DNA from: Acidimicrobiales bacterium | GTDB lineage: Bacteria; Actinomycetota; Acidimicrobiia; Acidimicrobiales; CATQHL01 | DNA length: 32,000 bases | Assembly (NCBI GenBank): GCA_965221525.1 | Contig: CBDCSG010000008.1 | Location: 493,750-525,749, forward strand | Reading direction: 5' to 3' | Shown here: positions 24,946-32,000 of the stretch, piece after piece | Layout of the letters: the number at the start of each line of letters is the position of its first letter | How positions within the stretch are numbered: the stretch's first letter is position 1 | Made by a program: the position numbers and the translations under genes | Notes under the pieces: model-generated | Told to the model about the DNA's origin: nothing | The model's input: only the letters and a program-made list of their open reading frames with translations | Database searches by the model: none

Positions 24946-26183
24946 CCGCCCGCCGGTCGGCCAAGAGGACGCGGCAGGCGGAGGGCGCGGCGCAGCCCAT
25001 GCGGATCTACGACACGGTCGCCGGGGAGGTCGTGCCCTTCGAGGTCGGCCCGATCGTGACCATGTACACGTGCGGCATCACGCCGTACGACGCCACGCAC
25101 CTCGGTCATGCCGCCACCTACCTCACCTACGACGTCTTGCAGCGGCGACTGCGCGACAAGGGCCACGAGACCCGCTGCGTGCGCAACGTGACCGACGTCG
25201 ACGACGACATCCTCCGCAAGGCCCGCTCGCTGGGTGTGCACTACCTGGACCTGGCGGCCGCGGAGGTGGCCCGGTTCGACTCCGACATGGCCGCACTCGG
25301 CATGCTGGCCTGCTGGAGCGAGCCGCGCGCGACGTCCGCCATCGCCGACATCCGCGGGTTCATCGGCATGGTCCTGGATCGAGGCCACGCGTACGTGGCC
25401 GGGGGAGCGGTCTACTTCGAGGTGGCCACCTTCGACGGTTTCGGCGAGTTGAGCAAGCTGGACCGCTCGGAGATGCTCGCCCTCGCCGCCGAGCGGGGCG
25501 GCAACCCCGACGACCCGGCGAAGCGCGATCCGCTGGACTTCGTGCTCTGGCAGCCGTCCGCTCCCGACGAACCCTCGTGGGGGTCGTTGTGGGGTCCCGG
25601 CAGGCCGGGCTGGCACATCGAGTGCTCCACGCTGGCCATGCGCGAGCTGGACACCACGATCGACCTGCACGGGGGCGGCTCTGATCTCATCTTCCCGCAC
25701 CACGAGTGCGAGCGGGCGCAGTCCACCGCCGCCACCGGCGAGCCCTTCGCCCGCCACTGGATGCACCAGGCCATGGTCCGCATGGACGGCGAGAAGATGT
25801 CCAAGTCGCTGGGCAATCTCGTCTTCGTGAGCGACCTGTTGAAGGAGTACGACCCCCGTGCCGTGCGCCTGGCCGTGCTCTCGCACCACTACAGGGACTC
25901 CTGGGAATGGCACCCGTCGATCATGGTCACTGCCGCCGAGCGCCTGGAGCGCTGGCAGGTGGCCGCCCACGGCGACGGACCCCTGGCCGATGTGCGGGAC
26001 GCGCTCGACGCCGACCTGGACACCCCGGCGGCGCTGGGGTACATCGATGCCGCCGCCGGCGGCGGCCAGGGCGTCGCCGCGTCCGCCATGCTCCTCGGCG
26101 TGGATCTGCGCACCGAGACGTCCCCGCTCGGGGACCACGGAGATCCAGCTGCGAGGTGCGGCCCCTCCGGCGCCCCCCGGTAG
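24942..26183 (+). CDS. mshC: L-cysteine:1D-myo-inositol 2-amino-2-deoxy-alpha-D-glucopyranoside ligase (mycothiol ligase MshC)
   Basis: Class I aaRS-like CGITPYDATHLGHAATY (HIGH-type) and KMSKSLGN motifs, plus ERGGNPDDPAKRDPLDFVLWQ...GPGRPGWHIECS. At ~413 aa with the ending ...LLGVDL it resembles mycobacterial MshC rather than the longer CysRS. GTG at 24942 overlaps the npdG TGA; ATG at 24999 is the alternative start. Confidence 0.8.
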   Translation: MTARRSAKRTRQAEGAAQPMRIYDTVAGEVVPFEVGPIVTMYTCGITPYDATHLGHAATYLTYDVLQRRLRDKGHETRCVRNVTDVDDDILRKARSLGVHYLDLAAAEVARFDSDMAALGMLACWSEPRATSAIADIRGFIGMVLDRGHAYVAGGAVYFEVATFDGFGELSKLDRSEMLALAAERGGNPDDPAKRDPLDFVLWQPSAPDEPSWGSLWGPGRPGWHIECSTLAMRELDTTIDLHGGGSDLIFPHHECERAQSTAATGEPFARHWMHQAMVRMDGEKMSKSLGNLVFVSDLLKEYDPRAVRLAVLSHHYRDSWEWHPSIMVTAAERLERWQVAAHGDGPLADVRDALDADLDTPAALGYIDAAAGGGQGVAASAMLLGVDLRTETSPLGDHGDPAARCGPSGAPR

Positions 26184-26193
26184 CGTTCCCTCC

Positions 26194-28167
26194 ATGGTCC
26201 GGGTGCTGTTGCCCGACGGCTCGGCGCGCGAACTCCCCGACGGTGCCACGGCGGCGAACCTGGCCGCCTCGATCGGTCGGAGGCTGGCGCGCGACGCCGT
26301 CATCGCCGTCATCGACGGCGCCGAGGTCGACCTCGATGCCCCGCTGCCCGACGGGGCCGCTGTCGAGATCGTGACCGCCGCCAGCGAGCGTGGCCTGCAC
26401 ACCCTGCGCCACTCCACGGCGCACGTGCTGGCGCAGGCCGTCCTGGGTCTGTACCCGGGAGCCACCTTCGCCATCGGCCCGCCGGTGGCCGACGGCTTCT
26501 ACTACGACTTCGAGCTGCCCGGCGGTGCCACCTTCAGCGACGCCGACCTGGAGCGGATCACCGAGCGGATGCGGCAGATCGTCGCCGCGGACCAGGCTTT
26601 CGTGCGCCGGGAGGTCGACACGGATGAGGCCTTGGGGGTCTTCGCCGATCACCCGTACAAGCGGGAGATCATCGAACGGGTGAGCAGCGCGGCCGATGCC
26701 GGCGGCGACGGCGATGACGCCGACCTGGCGGGCGAGGCCGGGGCCGGAGGCGTCGTGAGCTGCTACACCAACGGCGACGACTTCGTGGACCTCTGCCTGG
26801 GCCCGCACGTGCCCTCCACCGGTCGCCTGGGGCATTTCGCCCTGCAGCGCGTGGCGGGCGCCTACTGGCGCGGTGACAGTGATCGCCCCATGCTGCAGCG
26901 TATATACGGCACGGCCTGGGCGTCGGCCGCGGACCTGAAGTCCCACCTGCATCGCCTCGCCGAGGCGGCCCGGCGCGATCACCGGCGCCTGGCCCGCGAG
27001 CTCGACCTGGTGTCCTGGCCCGAGGAACTCGGCCCGGGCCTCGCCGTGTGGCACCCCAAGGGGGCGCTGGTGCGGCACCTCATGGAGGACTACAGCCGCC
27101 GCCGGCACACCGAGGGCGGCTACCAGTTCGTGTACACCCCGCACCTCGCCAAGTCCAACCTCTGGGAGACCAGCGGCCACCTGGACTTCTACGCCGAGAG
27201 CATGTACCCCCCGATGGAGCTGGACGGCGCCGCCTACTACCCCAAGCCCATGAACTGCCCGTTCCACGTGATGATCTACCGGTCCGGCCAGCGCTCCTAC
27301 CGGGACCTGCCGCTGCGGCTGTTCGAGTTAGGGGCCGTCTACCGCTACGAGCTGTCCGGCGCCGTCCACGGGTTGTTGCGGTCGCGGGGGTTCACGCAGG
27401 ACGACAGTCACATCTTCGCCACCCCCGATCAGGTGCCGTCGGAGTTGGCCTCCCTGCTGGACTTCGTGCTCTCGGTTCTGAGGGCCTTCGGATTCGACGA
27501 CTTCCAGGCCAAGCTCTCGACGCGGCCGCCGCGCAAGGCGGTCGGATCCGTCGAGATGTGGGATCTGGCTACCGAAGGTCTGCGTGCCGCCCTGGAATCC
27601 GCCGGGCTGGACTATGTCACCGACCCCGGCGGCGGCGCCTTCTACGGTCCGAAGATCGACGTCGACGTCACCGACGCCATCGGGCGGGCGTGGCAGCTCT
27701 CGACGCTGCAGGTGGACTTCAACCTGCCGGAGCGGTTCGACCTGCACTACACGGCCTCCGACGGGCAGCGCCACCGCCCCGTCATGATCCATCGGGCGCT
27801 GTTCGGCTCGGTCGAACGGTTCTTCGGCGTGCTGCTCGAGCACTACGCGGGGGCGTTCCCGACGTGGCTGGCGCCCGTGCAGGCGCAGGTTCTTCCCGTC
27901 GCCGCGGATCATGCCGGCTACGCGGCGCAGGTCGCGGCGGAGTTGCAGGCCGCGGGTCTGCGTGCCGAGGTGGCCGCCAGCGACGAACCGCTGGGCCGGC
28001 GGGTTCGTGCCGCGAAGCTGGCCAAAGTGCCCTACGTGCTCGTCGTCGGTGCATCGGACGTCGCCGCCGGCACCGCCGGTGTCAACGCCCGCGCCGCAGA
28101 TCCCGAACGCGACGTCCCGCTCGCCGAGGTGGTCGCACGCATACTGGCCGACGCCGGCGGACGATGA
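26194..28167 (+). CDS. thrS: Threonine--tRNA ligase
   Basis: TGS-domain N-terminus MVRVLLPDGSARELPDG, editing-domain motif HSTAHVLAQAV, and class II core motifs (WETSGHLDFY, NCPFHVMIY, SYRDLPLRLFELGAVYRYE, FTQDDSHIF, MIHRALFGSVERF). Confidence 0.95.
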   Translation: MVRVLLPDGSARELPDGATAANLAASIGRRLARDAVIAVIDGAEVDLDAPLPDGAAVEIVTAASERGLHTLRHSTAHVLAQAVLGLYPGATFAIGPPVADGFYYDFELPGGATFSDADLERITERMRQIVAADQAFVRREVDTDEALGVFADHPYKREIIERVSSAADAGGDGDDADLAGEAGAGGVVSCYTNGDDFVDLCLGPHVPSTGRLGHFALQRVAGAYWRGDSDRPMLQRIYGTAWASAADLKSHLHRLAEAARRDHRRLARELDLVSWPEELGPGLAVWHPKGALVRHLMEDYSRRRHTEGGYQFVYTPHLAKSNLWETSGHLDFYAESMYPPMELDGAAYYPKPMNCPFHVMIYRSGQRSYRDLPLRLFELGAVYRYELSGAVHGLLRSRGFTQDDSHIFATPDQVPSELASLLDFVLSVLRAFGFDDFQAKLSTRPPRKAVGSVEMWDLATEGLRAALESAGLDYVTDPGGGAFYGPKIDVDVTDAIGRAWQLSTLQVDFNLPERFDLHYTASDGQRHRPVMIHRALFGSVERFFGVLLEHYAGAFPTWLAPVQAQVLPVAADHAGYAAQVAAELQAAGLRAEVAASDEPLGRRVRAAKLAKVPYVLVVGASDVAAGTAGVNARAADPERDVPLAEVVARILADAGGR

Positions 28168-28688
28168 GCGACCTGGAACGCCTCTGGGCCGGATGGCGCG
28201 CCGAGTACGTGGCGTCGGTGAGCGGCGAGGACTCCGCCGACGACGCAATGTTCTCCTCGCCGTTCGAGGAGATCGGGCGGGGGGATCGACCGGACGACGA
28301 GACCTTCGTGGTGTGGCGCGGGGAACACGTCTACGCGGTGTTGAACGCCTACCCGTACACGACGGGGCACCTCCTGGTCGTTCCCTACCTGGCGTCCGCC
28401 TCGCCCGACGACCTGGACGACGCAACCTGGAGCGAGTTGTGGGAGGCGGTGCGTGTCGCGGTGCGCGTGCTGCGGTCGGTCTACGCGCCCGACGGCATCA
28501 ACGTCGGTCTCAACCTGGGTCGGGCGGCAGGGGCGGGCGTGCCCGGCCACGTGCACGTCCACTGCCTGCCCCGCTGGTCCGGCGACACCAACTTCATGAC
28601 CACCGTCGGGGGTGCGCGGGTCCTTCCCGAGACTCTCGCAGACACGTGGCGGAAACTCCGCGGCGCCTGGCCCGACACCTCCGGGTAG
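28164..28688 (+). CDS. HIT family protein (Ap4A phosphorylase-like, as found next to thrS in mycobacteria)
   Basis: Histidine triad GVPGHVHVHCLPRW and YAVLNAYPYTTGHLLVVP. The ATG overlaps the thrS TGA (ATGA). Confidence 0.8.
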   Translation: MSDLERLWAGWRAEYVASVSGEDSADDAMFSSPFEEIGRGDRPDDETFVVWRGEHVYAVLNAYPYTTGHLLVVPYLASASPDDLDDATWSELWEAVRVAVRVLRSVYAPDGINVGLNLGRAAGAGVPGHVHVHCLPRWSGDTNFMTTVGGARVLPETLADTWRKLRGAWPDTSG

Positions 28689-28697
28689 CGTCACGGC

Positions 28698-29282
28698 ATG
28701 GGTGGTGAGACCGACGAGGCGATGACGCCGGGCACCGGCGACGCCGGCGCCGCTCCCTGCGGCGGCGACGACGGTCCGGTGGACCGGTTGCCGCCCGAAC
28801 TCGACGTCGCCGGTTACGTCGGGCCCTACGTCTTCCCCAACAACAGCCGCCGCCGCGTGCCGGGTGCCCTGTATGCGTTCCTCGGGGTCGTGGCCATCGC
28901 GGTCTGGGCGTTGACGCTCCGCAGCGACCCCAACATCGTCAACGGGGGATTCCTGGCCGCCGGGATCGCGCTGGTCGTCCTGGCGGCGTATCACTTCAAG
29001 GCCGGCTGGGAACTGCGAACCGAGGAGACCGATGCCCTGCTGCTGGCCGTGAAGGCGGTGGGATTCCCGGTGGGACATGCCTCGGCACAGATGGGCTGGC
29101 GGGGCTGGTTCTCGCGCCCGACGTGGCGGATCCTGGTGTTCTCCAACGAGGTCCGGCCCCTGCAGCGCGGGTTGGTGCTCGTCGACGGTGTGGAGCCGGA
29201 GATCCTCGACGTGATCGTCGAGGACAACCCCGAGGACTGGTCGGAGCTCACCGACAGCGACATCCATGGGCCGCCGGACTAG
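28698..29282 (+). CDS. Hypothetical membrane protein (two predicted TM helices)
   Basis: High GC3 in this frame. Hydrophobic helices are ALYAFLGVVAIAVWALTL and GGFLAAGIALVVLAAYHF. The soluble C-terminal region is WRGWFSRPTWRILVFSNEVRPLQRGLVLVDG...EDNPEDW. I recognised no family. The start is ATG 28698 or 28722. Confidence 0.55.
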   Translation: MGGETDEAMTPGTGDAGAAPCGGDDGPVDRLPPELDVAGYVGPYVFPNNSRRRVPGALYAFLGVVAIAVWALTLRSDPNIVNGGFLAAGIALVVLAAYHFKAGWELRTEETDALLLAVKAVGFPVGHASAQMGWRGWFSRPTWRILVFSNEVRPLQRGLVLVDGVEPEILDVIVEDNPEDWSELTDSDIHGPPD

Positions 29283-29322
29283 CGGTCGCGCCGCCCCGGT
29301 TCGCTAGGAGTTCGCGGGGATC

Positions 29323-29892
29323 GTGTTCGACGGGCGCTGGCGGCTCGGCGTCGACCGCGTGGTCGTGCCGATCGGCAGGGTGCTCTTCCGCCTCGGTGTG
29401 CGCGCCGATCACGTCACCGGGTTCGGGGTGGCGGCGTCAGCGGCCACCGCCGCGATGGTGGTGCTCGATCGCTTCGCCCTGGCGTTCACGTTCATCGTGC
29501 TCACGGGCCTTGGCGACCTGCTCGACGGCCCGGTCGCCAAGGCGGCGGGCACGATGAGTGTGAGGGGGGCGTTCCTGGACTCCGTCTCCGACCGCATCTC
29601 CGACACGCTCATCCTCGGCGCACTGACCTGGCACCTGCTCGACGACGGTCTGGTCGCCCTGTTGCCGGTGGCCGTCCTGGCCTCGGGGCAGTTCGTGTCG
29701 TACCTGCGCGCCAAGGCCGAGTCGCTGGGTCTCGAGGCCAGGGGCGGGCTCATGGAGCGGGCCGAGCGCTTCGTGGTCCTGTGCTTCGGGCTGCTCGTGA
29801 CGGACTGGCTGGTCTACGTCCTCTTCGTGCTGCTCGGCCTGACCCTGGTGACCGTGGTGCAGCGCTTCACCAAGATCTGGCGACAGTTCTGA
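29323..29892 (+). CDS. pgsA: CDP-alcohol phosphatidyltransferase, phosphatidylinositol phosphate synthase (PgsA1-like)
   Basis: CDP-alcohol motif DLLDGPVAKAAGTMSVRGAFLDSVSDRISD, with a downstream SYLRAKAESLGLEARGGLMERAERFVVL resembling mycobacterial PgsA1. GTG start. The position before the acyltransferase and pimA supports the call. Confidence 0.8.
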   Translation: MFDGRWRLGVDRVVVPIGRVLFRLGVRADHVTGFGVAASAATAAMVVLDRFALAFTFIVLTGLGDLLDGPVAKAAGTMSVRGAFLDSVSDRISDTLILGALTWHLLDDGLVALLPVAVLASGQFVSYLRAKAESLGLEARGGLMERAERFVVLCFGLLVTDWLVYVLFVLLGLTLVTVVQRFTKIWRQF

Positions 29893-29900
29893 GCGCTCCG

Positions 29901-30872
29901 TTGGGTTCGCGCTCGGCACTCACGGAGCGACTGCGCCGCCGGTTCGTCCTGGAGCAGTACCGGCTCGGATCGATCGTCCTGCCGCGCCTGCCGGCGTGGC
30001 TCGTCAACGGTGCCGGGCGGCTGATCGCGAGCGCCCTGGCGTTGCGGCGCGGCGAGCAACGCCTGATCGTCGAGCGCAATCTCCGCCGCGTGGCGGGTCC
30101 CGACGGCGTGCCGTCCGGCGCCGCTCTGCGCCGTGCCGTGCGAGCGACTTTCGTCGCCTACGCCCGCTACTACATCGATTGCGCCCGGCTGGCGGCGTCG
30201 ACCCCCGCCGAGGTGGACGCCGGTTTCACGTTCGTGGGCTACGACAACATCGCCGACGCCCGGCGGATGGGTCCGGGCGCCATCCTGGCCCTGCCGCACG
30301 TCGGGAGCTGGGAATGGGCAGGGGTTTGGCTCGCCCAGCGGCCGGGACTGAAGGTGACCGCCGTCGTCGAGGAGATCGACCATCCGGAGCTGTTCGCGTG
30401 GATGGAACGTTTCCGGCGCCGGATCGGCATGGAGATCGTCCCCGCGGGGCCGGCGGCGCTGGGAGCGCTCACGCAGGCTCTCAACGACGGTCACGTGGTG
30501 TGCCTGCTCACCGACCGCGACATCGGCGGTGGCGGTGTGGAGGTGGAGTTCTTCGGTGAGCGCACCACGCTTCCCGGCGGCGCCGCGGTGCTGGCCCGGC
30601 GCACGGGTTCACCGATCGTCGGGGTCGTCGTCATCAACCGCAACGGGAAGTGCCACGCCATAACCACCCAACCGATGGTGGTCAGTCGCGAGGGCCGCCT
30701 GCGCGAGGTCGTGGTCGAGGCCACCGGGGCGCTGGCGCGCCAACTCGAGGGCATGATCCGTATCGCCCCGGAGCAATGGCACCTGATGCAACCCAACTGG
30801 CCGAGCGACCGGGAGGCGATCGCGGCGCACCGCAGCGGGGTGCGGGACTCGGCGGGCGCGGGCTCCCGCTAG
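29901..30872 (+). CDS. Phosphatidylinositol mannoside acyltransferase (LpxL/HtrB-like lipid acyltransferase family)
   Basis: Acyltransferase HxxxxE motif in LALPHVGSWEWAG, plus VCLLTDRDIGGGGVEVEFFGERTTLPGGAAVLARRTGSPI. It is syntenic with mycobacterial pgsA1-acyltransferase-pimA. The start is uncertain (TTG 29901); the ORF-track start at 29781 overlaps pgsA. Confidence 0.7.
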   Translation: MGSRSALTERLRRRFVLEQYRLGSIVLPRLPAWLVNGAGRLIASALALRRGEQRLIVERNLRRVAGPDGVPSGAALRRAVRATFVAYARYYIDCARLAASTPAEVDAGFTFVGYDNIADARRMGPGAILALPHVGSWEWAGVWLAQRPGLKVTAVVEEIDHPELFAWMERFRRRIGMEIVPAGPAALGALTQALNDGHVVCLLTDRDIGGGGVEVEFFGERTTLPGGAAVLARRTGSPIVGVVVINRNGKCHAITTQPMVVSREGRLREVVVEATGALARQLEGMIRIAPEQWHLMQPNWPSDREAIAAHRSGVRDSAGAGSR

Positions 30873-30873
30873 C

Positions 30874-31947
30874 GTGAACGACGTGCGCGTGGGGATGGTC
30901 AGCCCCTACAGCTTCACACTGCCTGGCGGCGTCCAGATGCAGGCCCTGTACCTGGCGCGGGCCCTGCGCCGCCGCGGGATCTCGGTGAGCCTGCTGGGGC
31001 CTTGCGACGGCCCCCCGCCCGAGCCCGACATCATCCCCATCGGGAACTCGCTCTTCATCGCCGCCAACGGCTCCTTCGCCCCGATCGCCTTCGACGTTCC
31101 GGCATTCCAGCGCAGCTACGCGGTGCTGCGAGACCAACGCTTCGATCTCCTGCACGTCCACGAGCCGCTGGTACCGGCGCCCTCGCTGGCGGCCCTCGTC
31201 GCCAAGCGGGCACCCCTCGTCGCCACGTTCCACGCCGCCGGGGGATCCGCGGCATACGAGAACGTCTCGCCCGTTCTGCGCTGGGTCTGCAATCGCCTGG
31301 ACTGGCGCGGCGCCGTCTCCGCCGAGGCGGCCGAACTGGCGCGCCGCTTCCTGGGCGGGACGTACGAGGTGGTGTTCAACGGCGTCCCGGTTGAGCGATT
31401 CCGCCAGACCAAGCCGCACCCCAGCGACGGGCCCACGATCTTCTTCGTCGGTCGCCACGAGCCTCGCAAGGGCCTTGCCATACTGCTCGCGGCGATGCGC
31501 CGGCTCCCCGACGACGTCGTGCTCTGGGTGGGCGGGGAAGGGCCGCAGACCGAGTCTCTCAAGCGCCGGATGGCTGGCGAGCGGCGTGTCCACTGGCTGG
31601 GACGCCTCAGCGAGGAGGAGAAGATCAGCCGACTCTGCGGAGCCGATGTGTTCTGCGCGCCGTCGCTGCGGGGCGAGTCGTTCGGCGTCGTGCTGCTCGA
31701 GGCGATGGCGGCGGAGACGCCCATCGTCGCCAGCGACATCCCGGGCTACTCCCGCGTGGCGCGTCCGGGGGTCGAGGCCCGCCTGATCCCGCCCGGTGAC
31801 GTCGATCGACTGGCGAGCGCGCTCCGCGAGGTCTTGTCGACGCCGGGCGATCTGGTCGCGAACGGGATCGCCCGGGCGGAGCAGTTCTCGATGGACCGGT
31901 TGGCGCAGCGGTACGAGACCGTCTACCGGGAGGTTCTGGGGTGTTAG
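30874..31947 (+). CDS. pimA: GT4 glycosyltransferase, probable phosphatidylinositol alpha-mannosyltransferase
   Basis: VGMVSPYSFTLPGGVQMQ N-terminus, FVGRHEPRKG, and the EX7E-type region ESFGVVLLEAMAAETPIVASD. It follows pgsA and the acyltransferase, as in mycobacteria. Confidence 0.75.
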   Translation: MNDVRVGMVSPYSFTLPGGVQMQALYLARALRRRGISVSLLGPCDGPPPEPDIIPIGNSLFIAANGSFAPIAFDVPAFQRSYAVLRDQRFDLLHVHEPLVPAPSLAALVAKRAPLVATFHAAGGSAAYENVSPVLRWVCNRLDWRGAVSAEAAELARRFLGGTYEVVFNGVPVERFRQTKPHPSDGPTIFFVGRHEPRKGLAILLAAMRRLPDDVVLWVGGEGPQTESLKRRMAGERRVHWLGRLSEEEKISRLCGADVFCAPSLRGESFGVVLLEAMAAETPIVASDIPGYSRVARPGVEARLIPPGDVDRLASALREVLSTPGDLVANGIARAEQFSMDRLAQRYETVYREVLGC

Positions 31948-32000
31948 TCCTCGTCATCATCATCGCCGCCGTCGCCGGCCTGGCGATCGTGGCCGTCGCC
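31941..32000 (+). CDS. 5' end of an ORF leaving the right edge (partial); begins with a hydrophobic helix
   Basis: GTG at 31941 overlaps the pimA end by 7 nt and reads VLVLVIIIAAVAGLAIVAVA. Only 20 codons are visible. Confidence 0.3.
   Translation, partial: MLVLVIIIAAVAGLAIVAVA

Noticed and set aside
24942-26183. Calling this gene cysS (cysteinyl-tRNA synthetase)
   Set aside because: The HIGH-region context (CGITPYDATHLGHAATY), the ~413-aa length without a C-terminal anticodon-binding extension, and the ...LLGVDL ending match my memory of MshC better than CysRS. A proper alignment should confirm this.

Overview
This is a very GC-rich, densely coding window that looks like an Actinomycetota chromosome. 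The lineage call rests on mshC (mycothiol ligase), the thrS-HIT-pgsA-acyltransferase-pimA phosphatidylinositol-mannoside block, an F420-dependent NADP reductase and a eukaryote-like type II glutamine synthetase. Gene content, left to right:
- The distal end of a Tad/Flp pilus locus: a TadE/G-like protein, a LysM membrane protein and a large BTAD/SARP-type regulator.
- A MATE efflux gene divergent from a MerR+TetR double-HTH regulator.
- A tightly overlapping hopanoid operon, hpnC-hpnD-hpnE-polyprenyl synthase-shc-hpnG-hpnH.
- An orphan type-I solute-binding lipoprotein, a 2-hydroxyacid dehydrogenase and an acyl-CoA ligase.
- glnII, class I fumarate hydratase, a CxxC-less thioredoxin-fold protein and mutY.
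- An SMP-30-like propeller, fabI/inhA, npdG and mshC.
- thrS, a HIT protein, an unassigned 2-TM protein, pgsA, the PIM acyltransferase and pimA.

I found no rRNA, tRNA, CRISPR array, transposase or integrase. I see no convincing new multi-gene system; most of the window is core metabolism.

The least explained signals are:
- Two same-orientation copies of an ~85-110 bp G-arm/C-arm hairpin repeat that bracket glnII. One copy is itself flanked by a perfect 13-bp direct repeat.
- The Tad-linked LysM/BTAD pair, whose regulator has a ~358-aa N-terminal region I cannot assign.
- A MATE gene whose conserved N-terminus lies upstream of any canonical start codon.
- A MerR-TetR fusion regulator.
- An extra membrane protein inserted in the otherwise conserved thrS-to-pimA synteny.

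All family assignments come from reading motifs by eye and from memory of those families. No searches or computations were run.
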